64,000 bases of DNA from NCBI RefSeq assembly GCF_001194135.2, contig NC_068997.1:8659740-8723739 (forward strand), written 5' to 3'. The DNA is from Octopus bimaculoides (taxonomy: Eukaryota). The position numbers and the translations under genes were made by a program. Positions 36,701 to 49,056 of this stretch are shown here, in pieces. A model generated the notes under the pieces. It was given only the letters and a program-made list of their open reading frames with translations, had not been told where the DNA came from and searched no databases. Within the stretch, counting starts at the first letter, position 1. Each line of letters starts with the position of its first letter.

Positions 36701-38088
36701 GTGATTATTTTCGCTTTCTTTTGCTTGAAGACATTCAGTTATAATTGTTTAATTGCGTCTGTGTGTGTGTGTGTGTGTGTGTGTTACACAAAGTTGTCAT
36801 CTGCTGTTGGGTTGCATTAAAAATCTGAAATTGCTTAATTTTATTTTTATCGGGAGCATCTCTCTCTCTCACACACACACAGTATTCGTTTACAATAGGC
36901 AGGCAGGAAAGCAGTGGAACTGGTGACATTGTCAATCCACTAATACATGCAAGTGTAAGCTACTTCTCAGTATCACGAGTAGTAGTTTTCGAATCATCTG
37001 AAAAGCAACTGTAGTATCTGTTTATATATATATATACATATATATATTGATAAATTTAAAAAATGCTCGCATTCAAACCGATTTCATTCTGTCTTTCAAT
37101 ACCTTTTGCCTTAACTTCTTCACTTCGCGGTTGTGTGTGTTTGTGTTTATGTGTGCATGTTTGAAGTTCCAACTTCCCTAATAACTTCAGTTGGGAAACG
37201 AAACTAGCTCGATCTGGCTACTTTTTTCTTTAAAAAAAGATGTAATTTCAGTAAAAGGACTCGGCAGTAACTTGTTAGAAAGATCAGATCGGACCCTAGT
37301 ATATGTCTGGTATTTATTCATTTATCTAGAGAGTCCGAGTGTTGTGGCTAAAGACATTTGACCTGTAGACAGTGGATCGACAGATGTTGGATCACCGGAC
37401 AAAGTGCTGTGGTTGGTGCGTGCGGTAATTTAGTTAGTTTACAGCCTTTTACGTTCCGAGTTCAAATCTCGCCGGTTATATATATATATATTGTTTTTAG
37501 CTCGATAAAATAAACACCAGTGAAATACTGCTACTTCACATTCCTATAATATTTCTCTGTTGTGAATGAAATTATATAATCTAGCTCAGCTTGATATGAA
37601 TTAACAACTGAGGAAATTAAATGCGACCAGCAGTTTGTTTAGTCCGATGCATTAATGTGTCTTTTCACACACTTCTTTGTTTTAAGATCGAATTAACTAC
37701 ATTAACACCTGCTCTCAGATTAAAATTTTCTTGTTTTGCTCTGATCCAATTTTATTGGTTTCTAAAAAAGTATGTTTTTGTATATCCGCTTTTTTTTTCT
37801 TTGTCAGTTACGCTTCCCTTAAGCCTGTAAAAATAAAAACCATTTCGTATTTTGATAATCTATAAATCCTTTGAAAGCGTTTAATTGAAAGAGAAAGAAC
37901 AAAAAATGTGTTATATTTAGAAATGCACTAGATGTCAATCAACTTGTTTCTGTGGGTCAAACGTTATCAACAGCTAAAAAGCACTTTTTTTTTTAATGTC
38001 AAGCAGGACGGGNNNNNNNNNNNNNNNNNNNNNNNNNNNNNNNNNNNNNNNNNNNNNNNNNNNNNNNNNNNNNNNNNNNNNNNNNNNN

Positions 38089-38125
<37 letters not shown>

Positions 38126-38392
38126 GATGTAGTTGCGCCGTATTTCTGTTAGTCTGCCTTTGTATTATAATATTGCGTTGTGTGGTGTGATGTGATGTAG
38201 TGGCCAGTGACTTGCCTGTCACAGCTCAACACACTTCCATACACACGAATGAGGTTAGATCCATATCCAGTCTGCACTGACAGCCCTAACAAATTATGTG
38301 CGTGTGCGCGCGTACATATGTACACACGCTTTCTCTCCCTCCCCCCTCTCTCTTTCTCTCCTTTCTTTGTCAAATCATTTATCTTGTTTCTC

Positions 38393-38457
<65 letters not shown>

Positions 38458-38507
38458 ATCATTCTATCTTCCCTGCTTCTGTTACTGACACCATATCTAT
38501 CTTCCAG

Positions 38508-38613
38508 TTTTCCGGCTTCTACTGCTGCTACCGCTGCAATTACTGCTGCCTTGTTTGTCATTGTTAAAGAGAACGAAGCGGCCGGCTGTTCGCTCGGCAA
38601 AGCTATTGCTATG
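38508..38613 (+). other. Candidate exon (5' UTR ending in ATG) of an unidentified plus-strand gene
   Basis: Branch-point-like TACTGAC at 38483-38489, acceptor CTTCCAG ending 38507, ATG at 38611-38613 followed directly by donor GTGAGA. CpG-rich. Confidence 0.45.
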
Positions 38614-38984
38614 GTGAGAATTATAAAGAGTAGAAAAGGAAATAAAATGAGCCTGACCTAATTTATCTGCAACAATCCTCACTTGGTCGCCTTAGATTAA
38701 CTTTTTTCTTTTTTTCAAACTGGGGGGTGGGGGTGATCGTCAACAACCGGTGGTGGGTCGTTCTGAAAGATGGTGATTTGAGAAGAAGCGACTGGATTTT
38801 GTAAAGTAGTAGTGGCAGAGAAAAATAGATTAGAGGGGGAGTTAATGGTTTAGATTAAAAGAAGTGATTAGGAAAGGCATTGCGACCGACTTGCTGGCAG
38901 TCAGAATGGTCCTCCACCAAATAGAATGGCCCTCTCCTGTCATATATTTCTATACTATCTATTCCGTTGCTTTTATCCTTTAAC

Positions 38985-39230
38985 TTGTTTCAGTCATTGA
39001 GCTGCGGCCAAGCTGGGGCACCGCCTTGAAGTGTTTAGTCTAGACCGGACCCCAGTACTTATTTTTTATTAAGCCTTGTACTTATTCTATCGGTCTCTTT
39101 GTGCCGAACCTCTAATTTTACAGGTACGTAAACAAGCCAACACCGGTTGTCAAGCGGTGGTGAGGGACTAACACAGACACATACACATATAGATATACAT
39201 ACATACGACGGGCCTCTTCCAGTTTCCACC
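38985..39230 (-). mobile_element. SINE family A, 3' half with CpGs retained
   Basis: TTGTTTCAGTCATTGAGCTGCGGCC...; CpGs are intact where other copies show TpG/CpA. Confidence 0.75.
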
Positions 39231-39252
39231 TTCAGAATCCTTTCAAATGGAA

Positions 39253-39284
<32 letters not shown>

Positions 39285-39744
39285 GCCTTGTCCCATTAAT
39301 GTCTCTCATCCGTCTCTCTTATGGTAACATTAAAGAAATCTTTATTATTGGAATCGTTGTACCAGCGGCAAGAATACCCATAGCAACAGAACCCCATTTC
39401 GGGTTTTCGAACACTGGGATGAATGCCTAGTACTTGGTTCCAGGTTGTTCTGTGCAGTAGTGCATTTCCCCAGCTGTTCAGAGCAGACTGAGTTGGTGGA
39501 GGGTTTTTGTGCCTACATCGTGGCAGGAGTTTCAGAGTATTGTGCAAAGTGAATAACAAGCAGCGAGATACAATCAGTGTCAGATTTAGTGTGTTTAAGC
39601 TGCTCTGGGTTGGTTCAGTTCTGATGCCCGGGTGGGTAAGAACTAGAATGGGGTTTTGAGCAGGGTGGCCAGTTACACCCAGAAATGGGCTGAAAACAAT
39701 GAACGATAAACAAATCTATTTAAATTTTTTTTGTTTTATTTATT

Positions 39745-40100
39745 TCAGTCATTATATGATGGACATATCGAGACATTGTCTTGAAGGGTTTTTAGTTAAA
39801 TAAAACAACCCCAGAACTTTTTTTTATTTTTTCTTGATTAGGTATGATATTTATTTTTTTGGTCTGTTTTGCTAAACCTCTAAGTTACAACGATATGTGC
39901 AAACCAATGTCAGTTGTCAAGCAGTGCTGTGGACAAACACAAAGAAGCAAATCTAAATACACACACATGTACGCAATTGGCTTCTTTCAGTTTCTATCTA
40001 CAAAATCCTTTCTCAAGGATTTGTCAGCTCAGTTCTACAGTAGACGACACTTTAACCAAGGTACCAAGCAGTTGGACTGAACTCAGATCCTACCACACAG
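39745..40100 (-). mobile_element. SINE family A, diverged
   Basis: TTTCAGTCATT tail and GCTTCTTTCAGTTTC core. Confidence 0.65.
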
Positions 40101-40446
40101 CCTATGATATGATGGATGTGAGTAGCTCCATCCTAATCATCATGCCTTGCTTCAGATTTTTCTGATCAGGTTGAAGCATCTCCTCTCACTTCTTGTAGAA
40201 GGGGACAGGGTTCCACTGGCCTGACCATATCTACTCACAACAGTGTTTGCACAGAATCCAGGATAGTGAGCAGCTGTTGTCACATCACTTTTTCCCACCG
40301 CTTGTCCTTTTGATGGAGCTCCTGTCCTTGATCAAGGGACGACCAAGAGTGGACATCTGATGTCTTACATGCTGTCAAGTGCACATAGTCTCTACCAGTG
40401 TGCAAATGTAGCTGGCCCATAGAATTTTCACATTAGCTTTCTATTA

Positions 40447-40627
40447 TCATCATCATCATCATTTAACGTCCACTTTCCATGCTAGCATGGGTTGGACGAT
40501 TTGACTGAGGACTGGTGAAACCAGATGGCTACACCAGGCTCCAATCTGATTTGGCAATGTTTCTACAGCTGGATGCCCTTCCTAACGCCAACCACTCAGA
40601 GAGTGTAGTGGGTGCTTTTACATGTCA
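40447..40627 (-). mobile_element. Family D, young-type copy
   Basis: (CAT)n then TTTAACGTCCACTTTCCATGCTAGCATGGGTTGGACG..., near-identical to the reverse complement of 13073-13226. Confidence 0.88.
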
Positions 40628-41069
40628 CAGATATTTAATGCTGGGGAAGAGTAAAAGCTTCTCAAGGAAACTTTGGGCATCACCATGAATCAACTGGTAG
40701 GTCTATTTTGGTAATACTGTCCACTAGGTTTGTCCAGCAAGGGAATGTAGTACTGTGAGAGCATTTACTCTTGGTAGATCTATGGAGTTCCTTTATTGAC
40801 CTTAGGGGGCCATTCTTCTTGATAGATTTTTTTTTTTTTTTCTTATATATGTATCTGCTTCGGGCTTATGTGGATTTTTCAAGGCATTTTCTAGATTGAG
40901 CATACAAGATCCCTTCTGCACACACATTTTTGAATGAAATGCTTGTCTATTGCAAGGTAAACTCCAAGTACCTCTGGCATTCATAAGTACCAGTTGTGCA
41001 TCGGGAGGGGGGGGGGTTGAAATCTTCAGGCCTTGTACCCATAGTAGAAAGGAATATTATTGTTGTTAT

Positions 41070-41285
41070 TAAGGCAGTGAGCTGGCAGAACCATTAGCAT
41101 ACTGTGCAAGATGCTTCACAGTATTTCACCCATCCTTGCATTTTGAGTTCAAATTCTGCCACGGTCGACTTTGCCTTTCATCCTTTCAGGGTCAATAAAA
41201 TAAGTACCAGTTGAACACTGGGTTCGGTGCAATTGACTCATCCTCTCTCTCCTAAAATTGCTGCCCTTGTGGCAAAATTTGAAAC
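41070..41285 (+). mobile_element. SINE family B
   Basis: AAGGCAGTGAGCTGGCAGAA head and GAGTTCAAATTC B-box. Confidence 0.8.
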
Positions 41286-41298
41286 TATCATGATTGTT

Positions 41299-41540
41299 AT
41301 TTTATGTTTGACTTTTGCTTTGCATTTGTACAAGTTGGATCCAAGTCTCACCCAGAGACCTCAAGAGACAAGTTAGAAGTTCATGTAGGTGTTATGCCTA
41401 GGGTACCATATATTTGGATTGTGTTTGTTTTAAAATTTGAGATCACATAGACAGTATTTTATGTAGGATATGGGCAGTTCCCATGAGCACTATCTTTTGA
41501 ACTTCAGCCATTTTGGGGTTTCCTGGTATCTGAGCTAGGT
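41299..41540 (-). mobile_element. R4/Dong-like 3' end, second copy of the 7164-7533 family
   Basis: Long near-identical segments with 7164-7460; bordered by (ATT)n at 41540-41558. Confidence 0.8.
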
Positions 41541-41559
41541 TATTATTATTATTATTATT

Positions 41560-41765
41560 GAGGCAGTTAGCTGGAGGAGTCATTAGAACTGCAGAAAAAA
41601 TGCTTAGCCTCATTTTCTTCCAACTTGTTACCTTCTAAGTTCAAATCCTGCTGAGGTTGACTTTGCCTTTCATCTTTTCAGGGCTACCAGTCAAATACAG
41701 GGGTCAATGTAATCAATTTGCCTCTCCCTTCAAAATTGCTGGCCTTGTGCAACAATTTGAAACAA
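41560..41765 (+). mobile_element. SINE family B, diverged
   Basis: GAGGTTGACTTTGCCTTTCATC motif. Confidence 0.7.
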
Positions 41766-42338
41766 TTGTATTATTCTTATTCCCTTGCTTCCTCTCACCA
41801 TCCACTGTTTGCTCTTCAATATTTCAACTCATCTGATGCTTTTCGTTGCTGGAACAAACCATCATCTTTGCTGTCGCACTTTCTTTTTCTTCTTCTTTTC
41901 TATTCCATAAGCTCTATTTTACTTTGTTCTTTGTTTCCTTTGCTTTTCAAAAAAATTTCTTCTTGCAGTTATCTCCCAATATGCAATCACCACCTTCATG
42001 CCTTTACGTGCACTTTCATTCAGTCTCTCTCTCTCTCTCTCTCTCTCTCNNNNNNNNNNCAGGTATGTGCATACCGACATCCACCTGTATGTATAGGTGC
42101 ATATCTGGGTACAGGACATTGCAAACAAAACAGAGACGAGAAAACACACAAGCCACATAGAGAACATTCTTCTTCATCAGCTACCCCCGTTTTAACACCG
42201 GCGTTTCGAAGAGCTGGGCAGGACGCATCGTTAAAACGGCTCTTCCCATGGACCGCTAATTAACACACACAATACTCACTCTTGTCAGTATTATCCTCTT
42301 CTTTCTTCCTCCGTTTTTCCCTTCTTTGGACTTTCTTT

Positions 42339-42373
42339 GTTTCTGACGAAGAGCTCCACTCGAAACGTCATAT
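42339..42373 (+). ncRNA. Hammerhead ribozyme-like motif (core intact, helix I decayed)
   Basis: GTTT-CTGACGA-A-GAG-CTCCA-CTC-GAAA-CGTC-ATAT. Palindromic ACGT helix III and GUC triplet. Confidence 0.5.
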
Positions 42374-43096
42374 TCTCTCTCTTTCCTTTCCCGAACGTCT
42401 AGTAACACAATATGTATCACGTCCTCACGTTATTGTTTTTTGTTGTTGTTGTTTTTTTTCTTTTTCCTTTTTTGAACTTATCCTCTTCTTTTCCTGGCTT
42501 GCACAGATATACTATTTAAACCTCCAATTTCATTTCAGAGACCTACTTCTCTTGACTTCATTGCTTTAGCAAGTTGTTCCTATAATACATACATAGGTAC
42601 ATGCATACACATACACACGCTCTCATTGTTGACAGCCAAATTTTTACTTTTTCTATGCAAAAGGGGTTTTTGACCCAATATTTACAGGCTATTATAGCTT
42701 TATATGCTACAAGTTTCAATGCTCCCAAAACAATGTGTGTGTGTGTGTGTGTGTATACATACATATATATTTCAACAGATAGATATGTTTGTGCATGTGT
42801 AATTAATATATATATATATATATATATATGGAATTAGAAAAGAACACCTCTAGCTAGATACCTTTAAAAATCTAAAAAAAAAAACATTGAACGTTGGCAA
42901 TTCCAACTGTACCAACTAAATGACATTTTTGGAAAATATAAACACAGTAATCAGGAATGGATCTTGCCTTGAAAACGAACTGGTGAAAGCAACAGGCATG
43001 TTTCAGTCTTGTTAAACCTCATCAACACATTTTCACCTCAGTTGGCTAGAAGTGATGTATGTATGTATGTATATATAAAAATAATAAATTCGCCCT

Positions 43097-43307
43097 TTTA
43101 AAGCCTAACCGGTTTCAATGGCGTATTTGTTCCCCAGCTGGACGGGACATTAGTCCATCGCAGCGTTACTCATTTTTGCCAGTTAAGTGGACTGGAGCAA
43201 TGTGGAATGAAGTGTTTTGCTCAAGAACACAACGCGTCGCCCGGTCCAGGAATTGAAACCACAATCTTACGATCATGATGCTGACACCCTAACCACTAAG
43301 CCACGCG
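43097..43307 (-). mobile_element. SINE family G (tail type 3)
   Basis: Reverse-complement head CGCGTGGCTTAGTGGTTAGGG...GGTTTCAATTCC...TGTGTTCTTGAGCAAAACACTT. Confidence 0.8.
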
Positions 43308-43311
43308 TCTC

Positions 43312-43358
<47 letters not shown>

Positions 43359-43564
43359 TGGGTTTTATTTTATAATTCAACCAATAGCTTCAGTTAAGTG
43401 AAATTCAATGCACACACACACACACACACAGTGGCTTGGCTTGTGGTTAAGAACTTTGCTTTCTTACAATATGGTTCTGGGTTCAGTCCAACAGCATCCA
43501 GCTGTAAAAATTATAGCTCATGTATGACCTGTGCAAACATAGGGCAGTGGACATGAAAATGATG

Positions 43565-43601
<37 letters not shown>

Positions 43602-43604
43602 GTG

Positions 43605-44040
43605 TATGCAAAGGTTAGCTGAAAAGTTTGTAGGCTGACCAAGATATTCTCATGGAATGTGACCAAATGAGGTTTATTTTTCAACACAGTCCACACACTT
43701 CCTCCATTGGTGTTGCAGTGCTTGGTTTCCATTAGTGAAGCCTTCATCCTCATCCTGTTGGTCAAAAAATTCAACAACAACAACAAATATGATGTCATCA
43801 TCACTACGATATTGGTTCCGAGCCAAGTGTTTTTTAATGTTGGGGAACAGATGATTGTCAAATGGGAGCCAAATCAGGAGAATAGGGAAGGGATCAACCA
43901 GTTCACACACAGCAGCCATTGAAACTAACTAAGGACTTGTATGCTGGGGCATTATCCTAATGAAACAAGACCCTTTTCATCAGTTTTCCTAGCTGTTTGA
44001 TCTTGATAGCCTTTCATAACTGCCTCAGCAAGTTGGCATA
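43605..44040 (-). mobile_element. mariner transposase C-terminal remnant with right-end TIR-like sequence
   Basis: Minus translations ANLLRQL*KAIKIKQLGKLMKRVLFH*DNAPAYKSL and FDNHLFPNIKKHLARNQYRSDDDII...QALQHQWRKCVDCVEK* match mariner DNA-PA-H and HLF...KKCV motifs. Confidence 0.85.
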
Positions 44041-44949
44041 GCTTTGTGTGTGTGTGTGTGTATTTGTCCCAGGGGATAGGTAAGAAAATAAATTATCTGG
44101 ATTTGGTTACAAAGTGCTGATATTCTTCATATTCAGCACTCTGAAATTATGTTCTCAAAGAACTTGTGTGTTTATGCCTGTTCCCCATTCCTGTTTTGTA
44201 GTCAGATTACAAGCTAAAACTCTGTACAGAAATGCTCAGAAAGTAATGATTGTAACAATATTGTACAGTTTGGTTGCTGTTGTTGTTACTCCAGCTTAGT
44301 TTCCCAGCCACCATGAAATATATTGTAGCTTGGGCTGTATCATTCAAAGTGTCATTCCATTCTTTTTTCTTTTTTTAAGACAATGAAGTGGGATGTAGGA
44401 GAGATTTGGTTGCTATTTCTTGCAGATCACAGCGACCTGATTTAGGCTCCCTTTGTTGGCTCATATTGTAACAATATCCTGGGAGGTTGTTTAACCTCAC
44501 ATCAGCCTGTATCATGCAGATCTATGGGGAAAAGGGTTCCAGTTGTGATTATTCTATCTTCCACCTTCCAGATATGTATTTAGAAATGCAGATGATAGAT
44601 GGTGATTTGCATGTGATTTAGCTGATGTTTCTAGCAAGTCAGATAACCACAGATGTTCTCAAAGGATGGTCTGTGCGTGTGCGTGTCAGCGAGAGAAAAC
44701 AAATGTCTACATACAGGAAAGATGCTCTATCAATGCAATTATGACTCATACAATATTAATTGACAGGAATGGTCATTTAGTATTTCACCAAATTAAGTTA
44801 TCTTGATATAAATCTCATCCATTAAAGGCAGGTGACCGAATTACACCTACACCCCCACCTCACCCCCACACACCTGTATATGTATGAATACATGTGTATG
44901 TATACTTGTAATATGTGTGTGTGTGTATGTATGTATGTGTACACACAGG

Positions 44950-45102
44950 GGGAAGGGCTGTGTGGTTGAGTAGCATGTTTCTCAATCATGCGGCCTTGGG
45001 TTCAGTCCCACTGCATGGCATCTTGGGCAAGTCTCTTCTACTGTAGCCCTGGGCTAACCAAAGACTTACGAGTGGATTTAGTAGATGGAAGCTGAAAGGA
45101 GC

Positions 45103-45149
<47 letters not shown>

Positions 45150-45360
45150 CTGTATGTTTGCACCCCCCAGGACCACTTGGCAAATGGCGTTGGATTTTTT
45201 ATTTTTTTTACATCCCTGTAACCTAGCGGTTTGGTAAAAAGATACTGATAGAATAAGTACAGAGCTTAAAAAAATAAGTACTGAAATTGATTTGTTCGAC
45301 TAAACCCTTCAAAGGCAATGCTCCAGCATGGCCTCATTCCAGTGACTGAAGCAATTAAAA
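44950..45360 (+). mobile_element. SINE family A with internal (TA)n
   Basis: Head GGCTGTGTGGTTGAG...GGGTTCAGTCCC; tail GTGACTGAAG. Confidence 0.8.
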
Positions 45361-45799
45361 TACGCACATTCATTCGCGCGCACACACATTCATTTACGAC
45401 TTAAATTTTGAATGGAGAGAAATGAGTGCTTTTCTCAGAGTTTGATTTTACGAAGGGAGGTAACTGATGTACAGCTATTGACAAATCTACTACGTCCTTC
45501 CGCCAGCACCTCCACCACCACCACTACCACCACTACTGCCAAACTATTGTAGAATTAATAATACTGCTGTTTGATATTTGTTAGGTATATTCATAAACAT
45601 TATTACTTTGAACATATTGTCTATTTTAGCTACACACTTCTAATATTGCTTACTACTTCACTGGTTAGATGTACATTTGAAATTTTGTTTCCCCCCTGNN
45701 NNNNNNNNNNNNNNNNNNNNNNNNNNNNNNNNNNNNNNNNNNTTTTTTTTTTTTTTGTTTTTAAGTACCTCTTTGGTATACTGAATAATTTATCTTTCA

Positions 45800-46165
45800 C
45801 CTGTTTCAGTCAATGGATTGTGGCCATGCTGGGGCACTACCTTGAGGGATTTTTAGTCAAACAAAACCCCAGGACTCATTTTTTTTAAAGTCCTGTATGT
45901 ATTCTGTCATCCTTGGTCTCTTTCTACCAAACTGCTTAGATACAGAGATGTAAACAAACCAACATCTGTTGTCAAGCAATGTTGCTGGACAAACAGAGAG
46001 AGAGAGATACACACACACACACACACATGATGGGCCTCTTTCAGTTTCCATTTACCAGATCCACTCAAAAGGCTTTGGTTGACCCACAGCTATAGTGGAA
46101 GAGACTTGCCCTAGATGTCACACAGTGGGACTAAACCCAAGACCTCATGATTGGGAAGCGGGCTT
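45800..46165 (-). mobile_element. SINE family A
   Basis: Co-linear with the reverse complement of 886-1323. Confidence 0.75.
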
Positions 46166-48730
46166 CTTTTAAGATTTAATTTCAATTCCTTCAGATTTTT
46201 ATTTGGAAGAGGAAAGAGGACATCTTTTGATGTAGAAGTAATATTGTAGCTCACCTTTCTCGTTTTATTCTGTAACAACGTTATAGGCAGAAGCATGGTT
46301 GTGTGATTAAAGAGGCTTGCTTACCAACCATATTGTTTCAGGTTCAATCCCACTGCAGTCTACTGTGAAAAAGTGTCTTCTCTAGCTCTGGATTAGGTGG
46401 ACAGAAACTGAAAGAGACCCCTTTGTGTGTGTGAGTGTGAAGGGTCCTTGTATTGATGTCATATGATATCATACATGTGATGTCGTCCATTTCCAACCTT
46501 TTCTGAAAAACATGTTTGGCCATGGGGAAATATCATCTTGTATGGAAACAGGTGAAGGTTGGTGATAGGACAAGCCAGCAGTCCTTTAAGCCTAGAAAGT
46601 GGACATTAAAATTTTGATGGGAGTATGAAAGAAGCAGTTTCCAAATTTATTTTGTCATGGAACCCTTATGTGACTTTCCAAAGTTCACAGAACCCCTACC
46701 TTTAATTTTACAGACAATTCCTATCATCGCAGTTTTAATACGACATTAAATTAACCAAAAATTGTATTTCTCCTCCTCCTCCACCTTCTTCTTTTTAACA
46801 TCCACTTTTCCACTCTTGCATGGATCAGACAGAATTCATTTTGGCAGATATGTTTCTATTTGCAAGATACTTTTTCTGTTGCCGGGCAAGGTGTCTTTTT
46901 CCCATAGCTAGACGTCTTTCCATGTTTGTTTACACCTATTGTGAGATGTCAAGACAAGGAGACAGAAACACACACACACACACATAAATATACAGTGAGT
47001 TTCTTTCTGTCTCCCAAATCTGCTCGCAAAGCTTTGGGTGGCCAGGGGCTGTAGTAGAAAACACAAGAGTGCTACTGAACTCAGAACCATGTTTGGGAAG
47101 CAAACTTCCTTATCACACTGCACCTAATTTATTCATATAAAATTTCAAAAAAATTATAGCCTTATTTTGAAATAGTTGATAGTTAAATTGTATTGGGAGA
47201 CTCATTTTTCTATGGAATCCCAGAATATTTTCACATATGCCTTGAGTTCCTCAGAGCCCACTTGCAAAAACACTGTCCTGGGATACTGTAGCAACAGGGA
47301 AAGGGTTTGTGGCTTGTATCTTTGGATTACAATTGAGTTGACACATTAAACTCCTGACTGTTGAGTCAGCTGAGCTATTTCCAAATTGTATAAAGGAATT
47401 CAAATTGTGGAATAAAAGTTAAGCCAGGAGCAATAATAGAAATCTTAACAGTTCCAGGAGAACCCTTCACCAGAGAGAAAGAGAGAGAGAGAGAGATGAC
47501 AGTGTTTATTGATGATGCAGGATAGATATATTAGCAGTAGTGAGAGTGTATCTACGTGCTTAAGAGTTTACTCTCCCTCCAGACACTTGCTCAAAGGGTG
47601 GAGAAGTGAACATTTCAAGTCCACAGTTATAACTGCACCACGAAGAAATAAACAAAGCACTTTGAGACTTTAGAGACATCCCACACATGATGTGTTATTC
47701 TGCTGGCTTTCGTCACTAAAACTTAATCATAGTGATGAATTGATTTCACCCTTAGTACAGCCATTGTCTTGGATTTTCTAGTTGAAGCTCATAATTCTAA
47801 CTGTCTCAAGTTTGCCAAACTCACAAAACAAGTGAGATTTTTTTTTTTTTTTTACTTCACAGTTGAGTGGTTAGCAGTTGAAAAGGCATGCAAACTGCCC
47901 TTTCAAAAAGAATTACTTTCACCAAAGCCACTTCCTCTTTGTTTCTCTGAAGAAATTGCTGTAAAAATATTAAAACAAAACAAAGGACAATTTCAGAGCT
48001 TCATTCAGCATTCGTTTTATCCATTCTGTTCCTCGATTTGGAAGAGAGATACAACCCATGATAAAGCTAAAAGTTTGATATGCATGAAAACCGCAGGAAA
48101 ACATTTTTCTANNNNNNNNNNNNNNNNNNNNNNNNNNNNNNNNNNNNNNNNNNNNNNNNATGAACTTACATATTTCTATTGTAGTTCATTTTTCATGTAA
48201 CTGATTTCATTTTTTTTCATGTAACTTGTGGCTTACACAGCATATATCCAAGTAATTTGCTAAAAGAAAAGGTAAAATTCTAGAACACAAGAAGAAAAAA
48301 TAAATAACATTTTTGCTTCTTAATATACTTATTAATCATTGATAAAACACTTGGACTTCCTAGCTTCAGGAGTTTCTGAGACACCAAAGCAAACATTCAA
48401 GTCATCAATCAATCTGAATAATGACTGAGGCACCAGCATATCAAAATACCCCCCCCCCCCAAAAAAAATTAGGCATCTCTGTATTTGTTCAGTTTGTTTG
48501 TTTGTTTGGTTTGTTGGTGGTTATGCATAGTTATGCACACAAAAAACAAAAGCTATTCTTTCACAACTTTCCTCACTTTGCATTCTCTCTTGCTTTACAA
48601 GACCAAATCTCCACCAAGCAACTGTTCTTTTAATCAGAGAAAGCATACACATTTTTTTTTAGGAGTGGGTGGGGAGGTACAGAGAAATGATTTTATCCTT
48701 ACAATACTCTTTAGTTCTTTTTGTGAAAAT

Positions 48731-49056
48731 GCATGGCTCAGTGGTTAGAGCGTCAGACTCACAATCATGAGGCAGTGAGTTTGATTCCTGGAACGGGCTG
48801 TGTGTTGTATTCTTGAGCAAGACACTTTATTTCATGTTGCACCAGTTCACTCAGTTGTAGAAATAAATTGCAACATCACTGGTGGCAAGCTGTATCGGCC
48901 CCTTTGTCTTCCCCTTGGATAACATCGGTGGAAAGAGGGTGGCTGGTATGCATGGGCAACTGCTGGTCTTCCATAAACAACTTTGCCCAAACTTGTGCTT
49001 TGGTAACTTTCTAGGTACTATCCCATGGTCATTCATGACCGAAGGGGGGTCTTTAC
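48731..49056 (+). mobile_element. SINE family G (tail type 4)
   Basis: GCATGGCTCAGTGGTTAGAGCG...GAGTTTGATTCC...TTCTTGAGCAAGACACTT. Confidence 0.8.

Noticed and set aside
41969-42030. Plus-strand acceptor giving LSPNMQSPPSCLY in phase with the 38611 ATG
   Set aside because: No credible donor; the frame runs into a (CT)n tract.
42150-42235. Minus-strand GAAA...CUGAUGA as a type II hammerhead
   Set aside because: Helix I cannot form (AAAACGGGGGUAG has no self-pairing) and no GAAA follows the CUGAUGA.
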